Source: Bacilli bacterium
GTDB taxonomy: Bacteria; Bacillota_I; Bacilli_A; RF39; UBA660
DNA length: 61,939 bases
Reading direction: 5' to 3'
Assembly: GCA_017511945.1 (NCBI GenBank)
Contig: JAFWHR010000007.1
Span: 1 to 61,939 of the forward strand
The position numbers were made by a program, and so were the translations under genes. Positions 1 through 9,225 of this stretch are shown here, in pieces; within the stretch, counting starts at the first letter, position 1; each line of letters begins with the position of its first letter. The notes below the pieces were generated by a model. It saw only the letters and a program-made list of their open reading frames with translations, was not told the DNA's origin and searched no databases.

Positions 1-141
1 TATATTATAACATTTTCACACATAAAAAGCGAGTTATAATGGCCTTAATTTAGTAAAGGTAAGACTTAACTCGCAATTTAATTATAATACATTTTTTTTA
101 AAATGAAAAGACCATTGAACTAATTTGTCAACAGTCTGAAA
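1..141. repeat. Left arm of a 141-bp perfect terminal inverted repeat (right arm 61799..61939)
   Basis: Read directly: bases 1-141 are the exact reverse complement of 61799-61939, and identity stops at 142/61798. Confidence 0.95.
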
Positions 142-148
142 CATCTCG

Positions 149-1837
149 TTAGTGAGATGCTTTTTTTGATCTTTTTTTAATATCCATTATTACTGGAAGT
201 ATTATAGGTTTTCTACCTGTATGAAGTAATATATAATCACTTAAATTTTTTATAATTTCTAATTTTAATTCATTGTATTTAATGCCAGTTTTAATTCTTT
301 CATTTATCTTCTTTTTAACTATATTTTCAAGTTTTTTAAGTAATTCTATATTTTCATTTACTAAGACAAAACCTCTCGTTAGTATATTTGGATTTATGAG
401 TAGTTTATTATCTTTCATATCCATATTTATAATTACAATTACAATACCATCACATGACATTATTTTTCTATCTCTCATAACTTGACTACTAACTTCACCT
501 ATACGGTTACCGTCTACATAAGTATCACCAGCGTGAATATATCCAGCTTTTTTAATTACTCCGTTTTTCATCGATAGAACATCACCATTACCTAAGACAA
601 AAGTGTTTTCTTTAGGTATATCACAACTGACAGCTATATCGGCATGTTTTTTTAGCATTCTATATTCTCCGTGAAATGGCATAAAATATTTTGGATTGAT
701 AAGCCTTATCATCCATTTAAGTTCTTCTTCGTTGGCATGTCCTGATGCATGTATATCTGAAAGTGATGTATTTGTGTATACCGTTATACCTTTTAAATAA
801 AGTCTATTTATAGTTCTAGATATACTAAGAGAGTTGCCAGGTATTGCAGATGATGAGAATATTACTATATCGTCATCTCTGAGTTTAATGTGTTTATGTG
901 TTCCATTTGCAAGTCTGCTTAAAGCAGCAAGTGGTTCTCCCTGCGTTCCTGTACATAATATGCATACCTTACTCGATGGGAGCCTATTGGCCTCATCTGG
1001 AGTTATAAATAAATTTTTATGTTTGATGTACCCACCTTCTATAGATATTTCTATATTGTTTTCCATGCTTCTTCCAAATACGGCAATTTTTCTTCCATGT
1101 CTTTTACAAGTATCTACTATGTGTTTTAGTCTATAGATATTTGATGCAAATGTCGCAATTATGATTCTACTACTATGCTTAGTAAATAATTCATCTAATG
1201 CATCATCTACTTTAGATTCACTGTTACTAATTCCACTGTTCATAGCGTTAGTTGAATCACTCAGTAAAAGTGTCACTCCTTCTGAACCTAATTTGGCAAT
1301 TTTGTGTAGATCGGCAATAGGACCTATAGGAGTTAAGTCAAATTTAAAATCTCCTGTTGTAACTACTGTACCATTTGGGGTTCTAATTACTATACCGTGT
1401 GAATCTGGAATAGAGTGGGTTGTTCTATAAAATTCTACTGTAATTTCTTTAAATTTATATATATTTTTTTCATTATAAACATATAGATTGTTGTATTTTA
1501 CTCCTCTATCATCTAACTTTTTTCTTATAAGTGCGGCCGCTTGATTTGGTGCATAAATTGCAGGTATATTTATTTCAGATAATAAAAATGGTATCGCACC
1601 TATGTGATCTTCATGTCCGTGAGTTATAAACAAAGCTTTAATTTTACTTTCATTTTCTTTTAAGAAAGATACATCTGGAATTACATAATCTATTCCCATT
1701 AACTCTCCGCCCGGGAATATAACTCCGGCATCTGTTATTACTATTTCATTATTGTGCATTACACAGTACATATTTTTTCCTACTTCTCCAAGTCCGCCTA
1801 AGGCGAATATATAAGAAGTATTTTTGTGAAACTTCAT
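149..1837 (-). CDS. rnj: Ribonuclease J (metallo-beta-lactamase/beta-CASP RNase)
   Basis: 562 aa. Has the HGHEDH motif and an N-terminus IFALGGLGEVGKNMY typical of RNase J. RBS aaaggag lies upstream. Confidence 0.9.
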   Translation of the reverse strand: MKFHKNTSYIFALGGLGEVGKNMYCVMHNNEIVITDAGVIFPGGELMGIDYVIPDVSFLKENESKIKALFITHGHEDHIGAIPFLLSEINIPAIYAPNQAAALIRKKLDDRGVKYNNLYVYNEKNIYKFKEITVEFYRTTHSIPDSHGIVIRTPNGTVVTTGDFKFDLTPIGPIADLHKIAKLGSEGVTLLLSDSTNAMNSGISNSESKVDDALDELFTKHSSRIIIATFASNIYRLKHIVDTCKRHGRKIAVFGRSMENNIEISIEGGYIKHKNLFITPDEANRLPSSKVCILCTGTQGEPLAALSRLANGTHKHIKLRDDDIVIFSSSAIPGNSLSISRTINRLYLKGITVYTNTSLSDIHASGHANEEELKWMIRLINPKYFMPFHGEYRMLKKHADIAVSCDIPKENTFVLGNGDVLSMKNGVIKKAGYIHAGDTYVDGNRIGEVSSQVMRDRKIMSCDGIVIVIINMDMKDNKLLINPNILTRGFVLVNENIELLKKLENIVKKKINERIKTGIKYNELKLEIIKNLSDYILLHTGRKPIILPVIMDIKKRSKKASH

Positions 1838-1971
1838 CTCTTTCTCCTTTCTTTTGATAAAGTTAAAACTGACTAATACATTATATCTTTTTTTTTAATT
1901 TTTGGCAAGGTCATGTATTTTATCTTAAATAGCTGCACTACAAAATTTAAATTAACAAAGCTAAAAATATA

Positions 1972-2001
1972 TTGACTAATTTATGGATAATTTGCTATAA
2001 T
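1972..2001 (+). promoter_or_regulatory. Sigma-A type promoter (TTGACT, 18 nt spacer, TATAAT)
   Basis: Hexamers read at 1972-1977 and 1996-2001, upstream of the 2115 ORF. Confidence 0.5.
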
Positions 2002-2114
2002 TTTTATGTATGATAGTAAGATATAAGATGACACTATTTATAAAGAGATAATAGATAGTTACCACTTTACATTTATATGAGATAGTTGTTAAAGTATAGA
2101 AAGAAGGTATAGTC

Positions 2115-2555
2115 ATGAGTAAACTTTTATATAATATTAAACAAAATAAAAAGGTAGTATTAGTTGTACTTTTAGTTATAATAATTATCGGTGTTGTATT
2201 ATTCTCTATTCCTAAAGTAAAAAAGAATATGGTAAAATTAGAGGATAATGGAATATATGCTCATACTGAAGAGGGAATAATAAAAGAGGAAGAGTATGAT
2301 GGTATTAAATTTTCAAATATTTCTATGCTTACCAAAGATGGTTATACTACATTTACTTCTGATATTACTAATACAAGTGATAGTGATATTGAAAAAGAGA
2401 GATTGCATATAATTTTAAAAGACGAAAATGATAAGGAAGCACTTAAGTATTTAGCTTATTTTCCTGGAGGTTTAAAGAAGGGTGAAACTAAAACTATAAC
2501 AGCTACTGCTCATGGCAACTTTACAAATGTAAAAACTAAAATTATAACTGATTAG
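2115..2555 (+). CDS. Hypothetical membrane-anchored protein
   Basis: 146 aa with a single N-terminal TM helix. RBS gaaggt. No family recognised. Confidence 0.6.
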   Translation: MSKLLYNIKQNKKVVLVVLLVIIIIGVVLFSIPKVKKNMVKLEDNGIYAHTEEGIIKEEEYDGIKFSNISMLTKDGYTTFTSDITNTSDSDIEKERLHIILKDENDKEALKYLAYFPGGLKKGETKTITATAHGNFTNVKTKIITD

Positions 2556-2575
2556 TTTAATGTAAATGTTAAAAT

Positions 2576-2636
2576 AAACAGTCATAAATATGTTAAAGTT
2601 AAAAGTCATAACTTTAAAGTGTTTATGACTGTTTTT
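2576..2636 (+). terminator. Rho-independent terminator (13-bp stem, T run)
   Basis: aaacagtcataaa (2576-2588) pairs with tttatgactgttt (2622-2634) and is followed by Ts. Confidence 0.6.
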
Positions 2637-2724
2637 GTTATATTTCGAAGTAAATTTTTTTTAAAATTTTATAGTTACATTTGTTTTAAGTATTTAGATA
2701 AATATATAAAAGTATTCTTTTTTC

Positions 2725-2753
2725 TTGACTTAATTGTAAAAGAAAAATATAAT
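2725..2753 (+). promoter_or_regulatory. Sigma-A type promoter (TTGACT, 17 nt spacer, TATAAT)
   Basis: Consensus hexamers at 2725-2730 and 2748-2753, about 27 nt before the 2780 ORF. Confidence 0.6.
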
Positions 2754-2779
2754 TATATTGTATAGTATAGGGGGAAGTC

Positions 2780-2974
2780 ATGAAAAAAGTCGAAGAATTA
2801 AACAATGATGAATTATACGATTTTTTAAAATCGTTAGATGAGAAGGAAAAAAAGATTTTTATGAAATATTATTTAGAAAATTCTAAAAACATGGAATTTA
2901 GTATGAGACTTATGGAAACAGATAATCTGTTAAAGAAGAATAGAGAAGAATTAGAAGGTAAAAAATATAATTGA
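2780..2974 (+). CDS. Small hypothetical protein
   Basis: 64 aa with strong RBS aggggga. Lies directly upstream of ftsY. Confidence 0.5.
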   Translation: MKKVEELNNDELYDFLKSLDEKEKKIFMKYYLENSKNMEFSMRLMETDNLLKKNREELEGKKYN

Positions 2975-3019
2975 TAATTATTGTTTAGTGGTGTAGAATA
3001 TATAAATGAGGATGATTTT

Positions 3020-3994
3020 ATGGGATTTTTTGATAAATTTAAAAAAGTTTTTAAAAAAGAGGAAAAAGAGGAAATTGAAATATATGATAAAGGACTTGAA
3101 AAGACGAGAGGTAAGTTTTTAAGTCAAATAATTAATCTAAATAAAACGCATAAAGTATTAGATGATGATTATTTTGAAAATTTAGAAGAGATTCTAATCA
3201 TGTCTGATATAGGTGTTAATACGGTAACGAAGATAATAGATAGATTAAAATATAGGGTTAAAAAGGAGAATATTAAAACATCTGAAGAGTTAAAAGACAT
3301 AATAATTGATGAGATGTTTATAATATATGTCGGAAATGACATAATAACCGATAAAATTAATTATGCAGAAAGCGGACCTACTGTAATTTTATTTGTCGGT
3401 GTTAATGGTGCTGGTAAAACTACAACTATTGGTAAGATGGCTTATAAATTTAAAAGTGAAGGTAAGAAGGTTTTAATGGTCGCTGGTGATACTTTTAGGG
3501 CTGGAGCTACTGAGCAGTTAAAAGAGTGGTCTGATAAAATAGACTGTGATATAGTTTACAAGGAAAATGCTGATCCAGTTAGTGTAATGTATGACGGAGT
3601 AGAAAAAGCTAAAAATGAAAACTACGATATAGTTTTAATAGATACCGCTGGAAGACTCCAAAACAAAGTTAATCTAATGAAGGAACTTGAGAAGATAAAT
3701 AAAGTTATCGGTAAGATTATTGAATCATCTCCTCATGAGACTTTACTTGTACTAGATGCGACAACCGGACAAAATGGTATTAGTCAAGCTAAAAATTTTA
3801 AAGAGATAACTGATATTACCGGAATAGTACTTACTAAATTAGATGGTACAGCTAAAGGTGGAATAGTTCTTGCGATTAAAGATGAAGCAAATCTTCCCGT
3901 CAAATATGTTGGATTAGGTGAAAAAAAGGAAGACTTAAGAGTATTTGATATAGAAAAATATATTCACGGTTTATTTAAGGGGATAGATGAATGA
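3020..3994 (+). CDS. ftsY: Signal recognition particle receptor FtsY
   Basis: SRP-GTPase motifs GVNGAGKTTT, DTAGR and TKLDG. Start moved to the ATG at 3020 (MGFFDKFKK) behind RBS gagga. Confidence 0.9.
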   Translation: MGFFDKFKKVFKKEEKEEIEIYDKGLEKTRGKFLSQIINLNKTHKVLDDDYFENLEEILIMSDIGVNTVTKIIDRLKYRVKKENIKTSEELKDIIIDEMFIIYVGNDIITDKINYAESGPTVILFVGVNGAGKTTTIGKMAYKFKSEGKKVLMVAGDTFRAGATEQLKEWSDKIDCDIVYKENADPVSVMYDGVEKAKNENYDIVLIDTAGRLQNKVNLMKELEKINKVIGKIIESSPHETLLVLDATTGQNGISQAKNFKEITDITGIVLTKLDGTAKGGIVLAIKDEANLPVKYVGLGEKKEDLRVFDIEKYIHGLFKGIDE

Positions 3995-4227
3995 ACAGTT
4001 TAAAATTAGAATTAGCATTCATGATAATACTTGTCATATCTTTAATAACATCTTTTTTTACTAAAATATACTCGTATTCTCAGATGATTATGGGGGTGCT
4101 ACTAATCATTATGGGCTATAATAATCAAAAACATTTTAAAAGAAAAAATATGACTTACATCTATTACATATTTGGAGAATTAGTAATTATATTTACTATT
4201 ATAAAATGGATAAAACTGTATATTTAA
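3991..4227 (+). CDS. Small membrane protein (2-3 TM helices)
   Basis: 78 aa and hydrophobic. Its start overlaps the ftsY stop and its end overlaps the ylxM start. Confidence 0.45.
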   Translation: MNSLKLELAFMIILVISLITSFFTKIYSYSQMIMGVLLIIMGYNNQKHFKRKNMTYIYYIFGELVIIFTIIKWIKLYI

Positions 4228-4496
4228 TTAATCTATTTGATTATTATGGAGATTTATTAACTGAAAAGCAAAAAGAGTATTTTAAGGAATACTATTTTAA
4301 CAATTTATCTTTATCTGAGATAAGTGATAATAGTAAAGTTAGTAGAAACGGAGTACACAAAGCTTTAAAAGAAGCAGAAGGTAAGTTAAACTATTATGAA
4401 AATGTATTAAGTGAATATAAAAGGTCTGTTAAAATAAAGAATTTAATAAAAGATTTAGATGATGATATAAAGAAAAAAATAGAAGAATTAATTTAA
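4206..4496 (+). CDS. ylxM: YlxM/UPF0122 helix-turn-helix protein
   Basis: 96 aa. LFDYYGDLLTEKQKEYF...LSLSEISD...SRNGVHKALKEAE matches the YlxM pattern, and it sits in the canonical position after ftsY. Confidence 0.8.
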   Translation: MDKTVYLINLFDYYGDLLTEKQKEYFKEYYFNNLSLSEISDNSKVSRNGVHKALKEAEGKLNYYENVLSEYKRSVKIKNLIKDLDDDIKKKIEELI

Positions 4497-4509
4497 AGGA
4501 GGCTATAAA

Positions 4510-6264
4510 ATGTTTGGAAAGATAGTTTATATTAGTGATACAGAGGCACATGTTGAAGTTCCAAAAGACGGAAGTCTATCTACTAATATTATGAATATGC
4601 ATGTAATATTTGAAGATGAAGGAAGAAAGGTAGTGGGAGAAGTTGAGGACTTAGGTTCTGAGATAATGAAGATAAGATTTTTAGGTGAAATAGAAAATGG
4701 AAAATTCATAGGTGGAGTTATTAGAAAGCCGACATTCCATTCAAATATAAGATTAATTAGTACTGATGAAGTTGGACTACTTTTAGGTGATGATACACCT
4801 TCTACATTTGTAATTGGTGAAAGTCCGTTATATGATAGTAGAAATATAAGCGTCGATATAAATGATCTATTTGACTCACACATGGCCATATTTGGAAATA
4901 GTGGCTCTGGTAAGTCATGTGGTGTTGCAAGACTACTTCAAAATGTATTTCAAAATCCTAAAGTTTTACCTTTTAGATCTAACTTCTTTATATTTGATGC
5001 TTACGGAGAGTATCACAATGCACTGCAAAATATAGATAAGATTAATCCTAATTTAAATTTTAAATTTTATACGACAAACACCATGCAGACTGATGGAGAA
5101 GTTTTAAGTATTCCTCTTTGGCTTTTAGATATCGATGATATGGCGCTACTTCTTAGAGCTGATAAACATTCACAACTTACCATAATTGAGAGGATGCTTA
5201 AGTTAGTTACTATATTTGCATCAGAAGATGAATTGTCTGTAAGATATAAAAATCATTTGATAGCAAAAGCAATTATGACTATTTTATATACTAATCAAAC
5301 TTCTAGTAGTAAGCGAAATGACGTATTTAAAATACTGGCTACTTGCTCAACTAATGAATTTAATTTAGAAGCCCCTGTTCAGGGAATTGGATATACAAGA
5401 AAATTTAGAGAGTGCTTTACTATCGATACTCAGGGGAACTTTCCTGAAAGTATATTGATGACTGAATACGTTACTGGTTTTATAGATGAATCTTTGGATA
5501 CTTATGAACCTAAAGATATAAAATTTTACACTTTAGAAGATTTGGAAAAAGCCTTAGAGTTTACTTTGATAAGTGAGGGACTTTTAAATAATGAAGAGAC
5601 TTATTCTGACGCGATAACTTTAAAAGTAAGACTTCATTCACTTACTATATCTGAAGCTTCTCAGTATTTGAGATACCCTAATTTTATTACGATGGAAAAT
5701 TATATTGCAACTTTAGTTTCTAAAGGTGGAAGAAAAGCTCAAGTTATCAACTTTAATTTAGAAGATGTTGAAGATTGGTTTGCTAAAGTAGTAACTAAAC
5801 TTTATACGAAAATGCTATTTAACTTTAGTAAGAGACTAAAAAATAGAGCATCAATTCCATTTCATATATTTGTAGAAGAAGCTCATAGATATGTTCAAAA
5901 TGATGGAGATTTGGATCTCATAGGCTATAACATATTTGAAAGAGCTGCTAAAGAGGGAAGAAAATACGGACTTATATTCAATTTAATATCTCAAAGACCA
6001 GTTGAAATATCCGAAACAGTTATTTCACAGTGTAGTAACTTTTTAATATTTAAATTAAATCATCCGAGGGATGTAGAATACATTAGAAAAATGCTTCCAA
6101 ACATTTCTGCTGAAATAGTTGAAAAACAAAAATCACTTCAACCTGGAACTTGTATGGCTTTTGGAAAAGCTTTTAAAGTTCCGACGATAGTTAGAATGAA
6201 AATGCCTGATCCTGCTCCTTCTAGTAGCAGCTGTGATGTATACAAAACTTGGCAGGCAAACTAA
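4510..6264 (+). CDS. HerA-like (DUF87) P-loop ATPase with an N-terminal HAS-barrel-like domain
   Basis: 584 aa. Walker A GNSGSGKS, Walker B-like IFVEEAHRY, and GRKYGLIFNLISQRP...SNFLIFKL typical of HerA/FtsK-class ATPases. RBS aaggagg. Confidence 0.65.
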   Translation: MFGKIVYISDTEAHVEVPKDGSLSTNIMNMHVIFEDEGRKVVGEVEDLGSEIMKIRFLGEIENGKFIGGVIRKPTFHSNIRLISTDEVGLLLGDDTPSTFVIGESPLYDSRNISVDINDLFDSHMAIFGNSGSGKSCGVARLLQNVFQNPKVLPFRSNFFIFDAYGEYHNALQNIDKINPNLNFKFYTTNTMQTDGEVLSIPLWLLDIDDMALLLRADKHSQLTIIERMLKLVTIFASEDELSVRYKNHLIAKAIMTILYTNQTSSSKRNDVFKILATCSTNEFNLEAPVQGIGYTRKFRECFTIDTQGNFPESILMTEYVTGFIDESLDTYEPKDIKFYTLEDLEKALEFTLISEGLLNNEETYSDAITLKVRLHSLTISEASQYLRYPNFITMENYIATLVSKGGRKAQVINFNLEDVEDWFAKVVTKLYTKMLFNFSKRLKNRASIPFHIFVEEAHRYVQNDGDLDLIGYNIFERAAKEGRKYGLIFNLISQRPVEISETVISQCSNFLIFKLNHPRDVEYIRKMLPNISAEIVEKQKSLQPGTCMAFGKAFKVPTIVRMKMPDPAPSSSSCDVYKTWQAN

Positions 6265-6288
6265 AAAACTGGCATTAGCTAGTTTTTT
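6265..6288 (+). terminator. Rho-independent terminator
   Basis: aaaactggc/gctagtttt stem (one G-U pair), loop atta, then a T run. It closes the ftsY-ylxM-ATPase unit. Confidence 0.6.
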
Positions 6289-6339
6289 GCTTTAAATATG
6301 TTAAAAAATATTATATAATTGTACTAATGGAGGGATAAA

Positions 6340-6615
6340 ATGGATTTAGAATTCTCATCAGCTGAGGAACTTTACAAAAGATTAATGCCAGCTTTAAGAA
6401 CTAAAAAAAGTGAACTTAAAAAATATGGATATGGTTATTTAAAAATAGAAGATATCTGGAATTATTTAAAAGAAAAGGTATGGAAGAATAGTCATGGACT
6501 ATCATTAAATGACATGGTAAATGATATATTGAATTCTAATGATGAAGCTATAGATTATTACTTTAAAGAAAAGTTAAGTGAAAAAAACAGAGAAGTATAT
6601 TTCGATGGTTTTTAG
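6340..6615 (+). CDS. ComN-like post-transcriptional regulator family protein
   Basis: 91 aa. The LKIEDIWNYLKEKVWKN...LNDMVNDIL pattern resembles ComN/YrzD. Confidence 0.5.
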   Translation: MDLEFSSAEELYKRLMPALRTKKSELKKYGYGYLKIEDIWNYLKEKVWKNSHGLSLNDMVNDILNSNDEAIDYYFKEKLSEKNREVYFDGF

Positions 6616-6631
6616 AAAAAGGTGATGTCTA

Positions 6632-8773
6632 ATGCAAAAGCACAAGAGAGATTTGACATTTGAAAAGCTAGAAAAGAAGATACAATATTTAAACGAAGAA
6701 GAGTTAGAAGTTGTAAAAAAGGCTTATGAATTTGCGAGAAAAAAACACTTTGGACAGTTTAGATTAACTGGTGAGGAATACATAATTCATCCTTTAAATG
6801 TCGCTTATATATTAACTAGTATTAACGCTGATTTTGAAACTCTATCAGCTGCTTTACTTCACGATGTTGCTGAAGACTGCGATGTAAAAATAAGTGAAAT
6901 AGAAGCTCTTTTTGGAAAGAGTATTGCACTTCTTGTAGATGGGGTAACAAAAATAAGTAAACTTAAGTTTTCGAGTGACTCAGAAATTACGATAAACAAT
7001 CAGAGAAAAATACTAGTTGGTCTTTCAGAAGATGTAAGAGTTATTATAGTAAAACTTGCGGATAGACTTAATAACATGCAGACTCTTTATGTTCACAGTC
7101 CTAAAAAGCAGAAGAAAATATCTAGAGAAACATTAGATATACTTACTCCTATTGCTGGAAGACTTGGTATGAATAATATTAAACAGGAACTAGAGGAATA
7201 TTGCCTTAGATATTTAAATCCTGACGAGTATTACGGAATAGTTGAAAAGTTAAATGCGACTAAAGCTGAGAGGGATTTAAGCGTTGCTAAAATGATTGAA
7301 AGTGTATCAGAGCTTTTAAATAAACACGGTATAAAACATAAAATTAAAGGTAGAAGTAAAAGTATATACAGCATATATAAAAAACTTCAAAAAGGTAAGA
7401 GATTTTGTGATATATACGATTTACTTGCCCTTAGAATATTTGTAAACACAGAATCTGAATGTTATGGAGCACTTGGTATAATACACTCAAAATATAGACC
7501 TAAGCCTAAAAGATTTAAAGATTATATAGCTATGCCAAAAACTAATATGTATCAATCTCTACATACTACGGTGTTTGGTATAGATGGACAGTTATTTGAA
7601 ATTCAAATTAGAACATTTGAGATGGATAGAGTTGCTGAATATGGAATTGCATCTCACTGGTCATATAAAGAAAAAGGATCGGTAAAAGCTTTAATGCAAA
7701 ATGAGATGGAACAAAAACTTCAATTTTTTAGAAGTATTATGGATTTAAGAATGGCTGAGGAGAGCGATGAAATATTTGTAAATAGCGTTAAAGAGGAAGT
7801 GTTTAGAAATACTATTTATGTTTTTACTCCACTTGGAGATGTCATAGAACTTCCAAATGGATCAACACCTGTAGATTTTGCCTATAAAGTTCATACTAAT
7901 GTTGGAAATAGAACTGCAGGAGCAATAGTAAACTCTCATATAGTACCACTTGATTATAAACTAAAAAGTGAAGATATAGTTAAAATTATAACTAGTAATA
8001 ATACGCCAGGACCTAATAGAGAATGGTTAAACTTTGTTCAAACTACCCAAGCTAAAACTAAGATTAGAAATTATTTTAATAAAGTTAATAGGGAAGAAAA
8101 TACTAAAAAAGGTGAAGATATTTTATATAGAGAACTTAAGAAAAAGAAAATAGATGTAAAAGACTTTTTTACAGATGACATCATTAAAAAGATATTAAAC
8201 GGTTTAAAAATGAAGTCCATAGTTGAGATATATGCATCTATTGGTAGTGGAAAAACTTCAGTGGATAGCGTATTTTCGTGTTATGAAGATAGAGAATCTA
8301 AAATAATCGAAAAGGCTATTAGCAAAGTTAAACCAGACACAAAACAAGCTGTATCAATAGCTGGAATGGATGATATTAAAGTAAATTTAGCTAAGTGTTG
8401 TAAACCTGTAATAGGTGATAGAATTGTCGGATATATAACTAGAGGTTATGGTGTTAGTGTACATAGGATGGTATGTCCTAATGTATCTGATAGTGATGAG
8501 AGAGTTATTGATGTAAAGTGGAATGATTCAGTAAAGAAACTTCCTACAACCATTTTAATTAGAATAGAAAGTGGGAAAAATGTAATAATAGACATAGTTT
8601 CAAAAGCTAATAACTGCAACATTCCTGTTAAAAGATTTAGTACATCCTATTCTAAAGAGGATGATATCATCAAGATGACTATTCTCGTAGATGGCAAGGA
8701 CAATTTGATTAAATTTATGAATAATATTAAAATGATAGATGAAGTCGTGGATGTTGAAAGAGTGATTGAATGA
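6632..8773 (+). CDS. relA: Bifunctional (p)ppGpp synthetase/hydrolase RelA/SpoT
   Basis: 713 aa. HD domain (HPLNVA...LLHDVAED), synthetase core (YRPKPKRFKDYIAMPKTNMYQSLHTTV), TGS and ACT-like C-terminus. Confidence 0.92.
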   Translation: MQKHKRDLTFEKLEKKIQYLNEEELEVVKKAYEFARKKHFGQFRLTGEEYIIHPLNVAYILTSINADFETLSAALLHDVAEDCDVKISEIEALFGKSIALLVDGVTKISKLKFSSDSEITINNQRKILVGLSEDVRVIIVKLADRLNNMQTLYVHSPKKQKKISRETLDILTPIAGRLGMNNIKQELEEYCLRYLNPDEYYGIVEKLNATKAERDLSVAKMIESVSELLNKHGIKHKIKGRSKSIYSIYKKLQKGKRFCDIYDLLALRIFVNTESECYGALGIIHSKYRPKPKRFKDYIAMPKTNMYQSLHTTVFGIDGQLFEIQIRTFEMDRVAEYGIASHWSYKEKGSVKALMQNEMEQKLQFFRSIMDLRMAEESDEIFVNSVKEEVFRNTIYVFTPLGDVIELPNGSTPVDFAYKVHTNVGNRTAGAIVNSHIVPLDYKLKSEDIVKIITSNNTPGPNREWLNFVQTTQAKTKIRNYFNKVNREENTKKGEDILYRELKKKKIDVKDFFTDDIIKKILNGLKMKSIVEIYASIGSGKTSVDSVFSCYEDRESKIIEKAISKVKPDTKQAVSIAGMDDIKVNLAKCCKPVIGDRIVGYITRGYGVSVHRMVCPNVSDSDERVIDVKWNDSVKKLPTTILIRIESGKNVIIDIVSKANNCNIPVKRFSTSYSKEDDIIKMTILVDGKDNLIKFMNNIKMIDEVVDVERVIE

Positions 8774-9225
8774 GAGTAGTAGTTCAAAGAAGTCTAAAAT
8801 CAAAAGTTAAAGTAGATGGCAAAACTATTGGCAAAATAGATAAAGGACTTACATTACTTGTTGGATTTACATTATTTGATGATGAGAAAATAATAAATTA
8901 TATGGTTAAAAAAATTGTAAATTTAAGAATATTCGATGATGAAGACGGAGTCATGAATAAATCAATTTTAGATGTTAAAGGGGAGATACTAAGCGTTTCA
9001 CAGTTTACTCTATATGCTGATACTGCTAAAGGAAATAGGCCGAGCTACGTTAAGGCGTTAAACTCTAAGAAAGCAGTTAAGTTATATGATCTATTTAATG
9101 AAAAATTAAGTAGATATGTTCCTGTTCAAACTGGGAAATTTGGGGCAGATATGAGTTTAGAAATTACTAATGATGGACCTGTTACGATATGTTTAGAAAA
9201 GGAGGTAGAACATGATAAAAAATAA
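8770..9225 (+). CDS. dtd: D-aminoacyl-tRNA deacylase
   Basis: 151 aa with MRVVVQR...SQFTLYADTAKGNRPSY. Conserved relA-dtd pairing. Confidence 0.9.
   Translation: MRVVVQRSLKSKVKVDGKTIGKIDKGLTLLVGFTLFDDEKIINYMVKKIVNLRIFDDEDGVMNKSILDVKGEILSVSQFTLYADTAKGNRPSYVKALNSKKAVKLYDLFNEKLSRYVPVQTGKFGADMSLEITNDGPVTICLEKEVEHDKK

Noticed and set aside
273-1430. ORFs 273-485, 834-1136 and 1161-1430 on the plus strand. The same applies to similar antisense or alternate-frame ORFs elsewhere: 4527-4889, 8600-8803, 10351-10584, 11165-11371, 12204-12479, 12984-13184, 15594-16919, 18798-19010, 25662-25868, 26521-26739, 30758-31081, 31640-31831, 32651-32833, 33006-33194, 35899-36159, 36582-36800, 37750-38103, 38194-38379, 39167-39379, 42726-42965, 43585-43908, 44583-44801, 46185-47312, 47425-47649, 48724-49182, 49969-50232, 51395-51676, 52368-52580, 55603-55809, 61210-61706.
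   Set aside because: Each lies entirely inside a longer ORF with a clear family identity or RBS. They have low-complexity Leu/Ile/Ser/Phe-rich translations typical of the antisense frame in AT-rich DNA, and no RBS.
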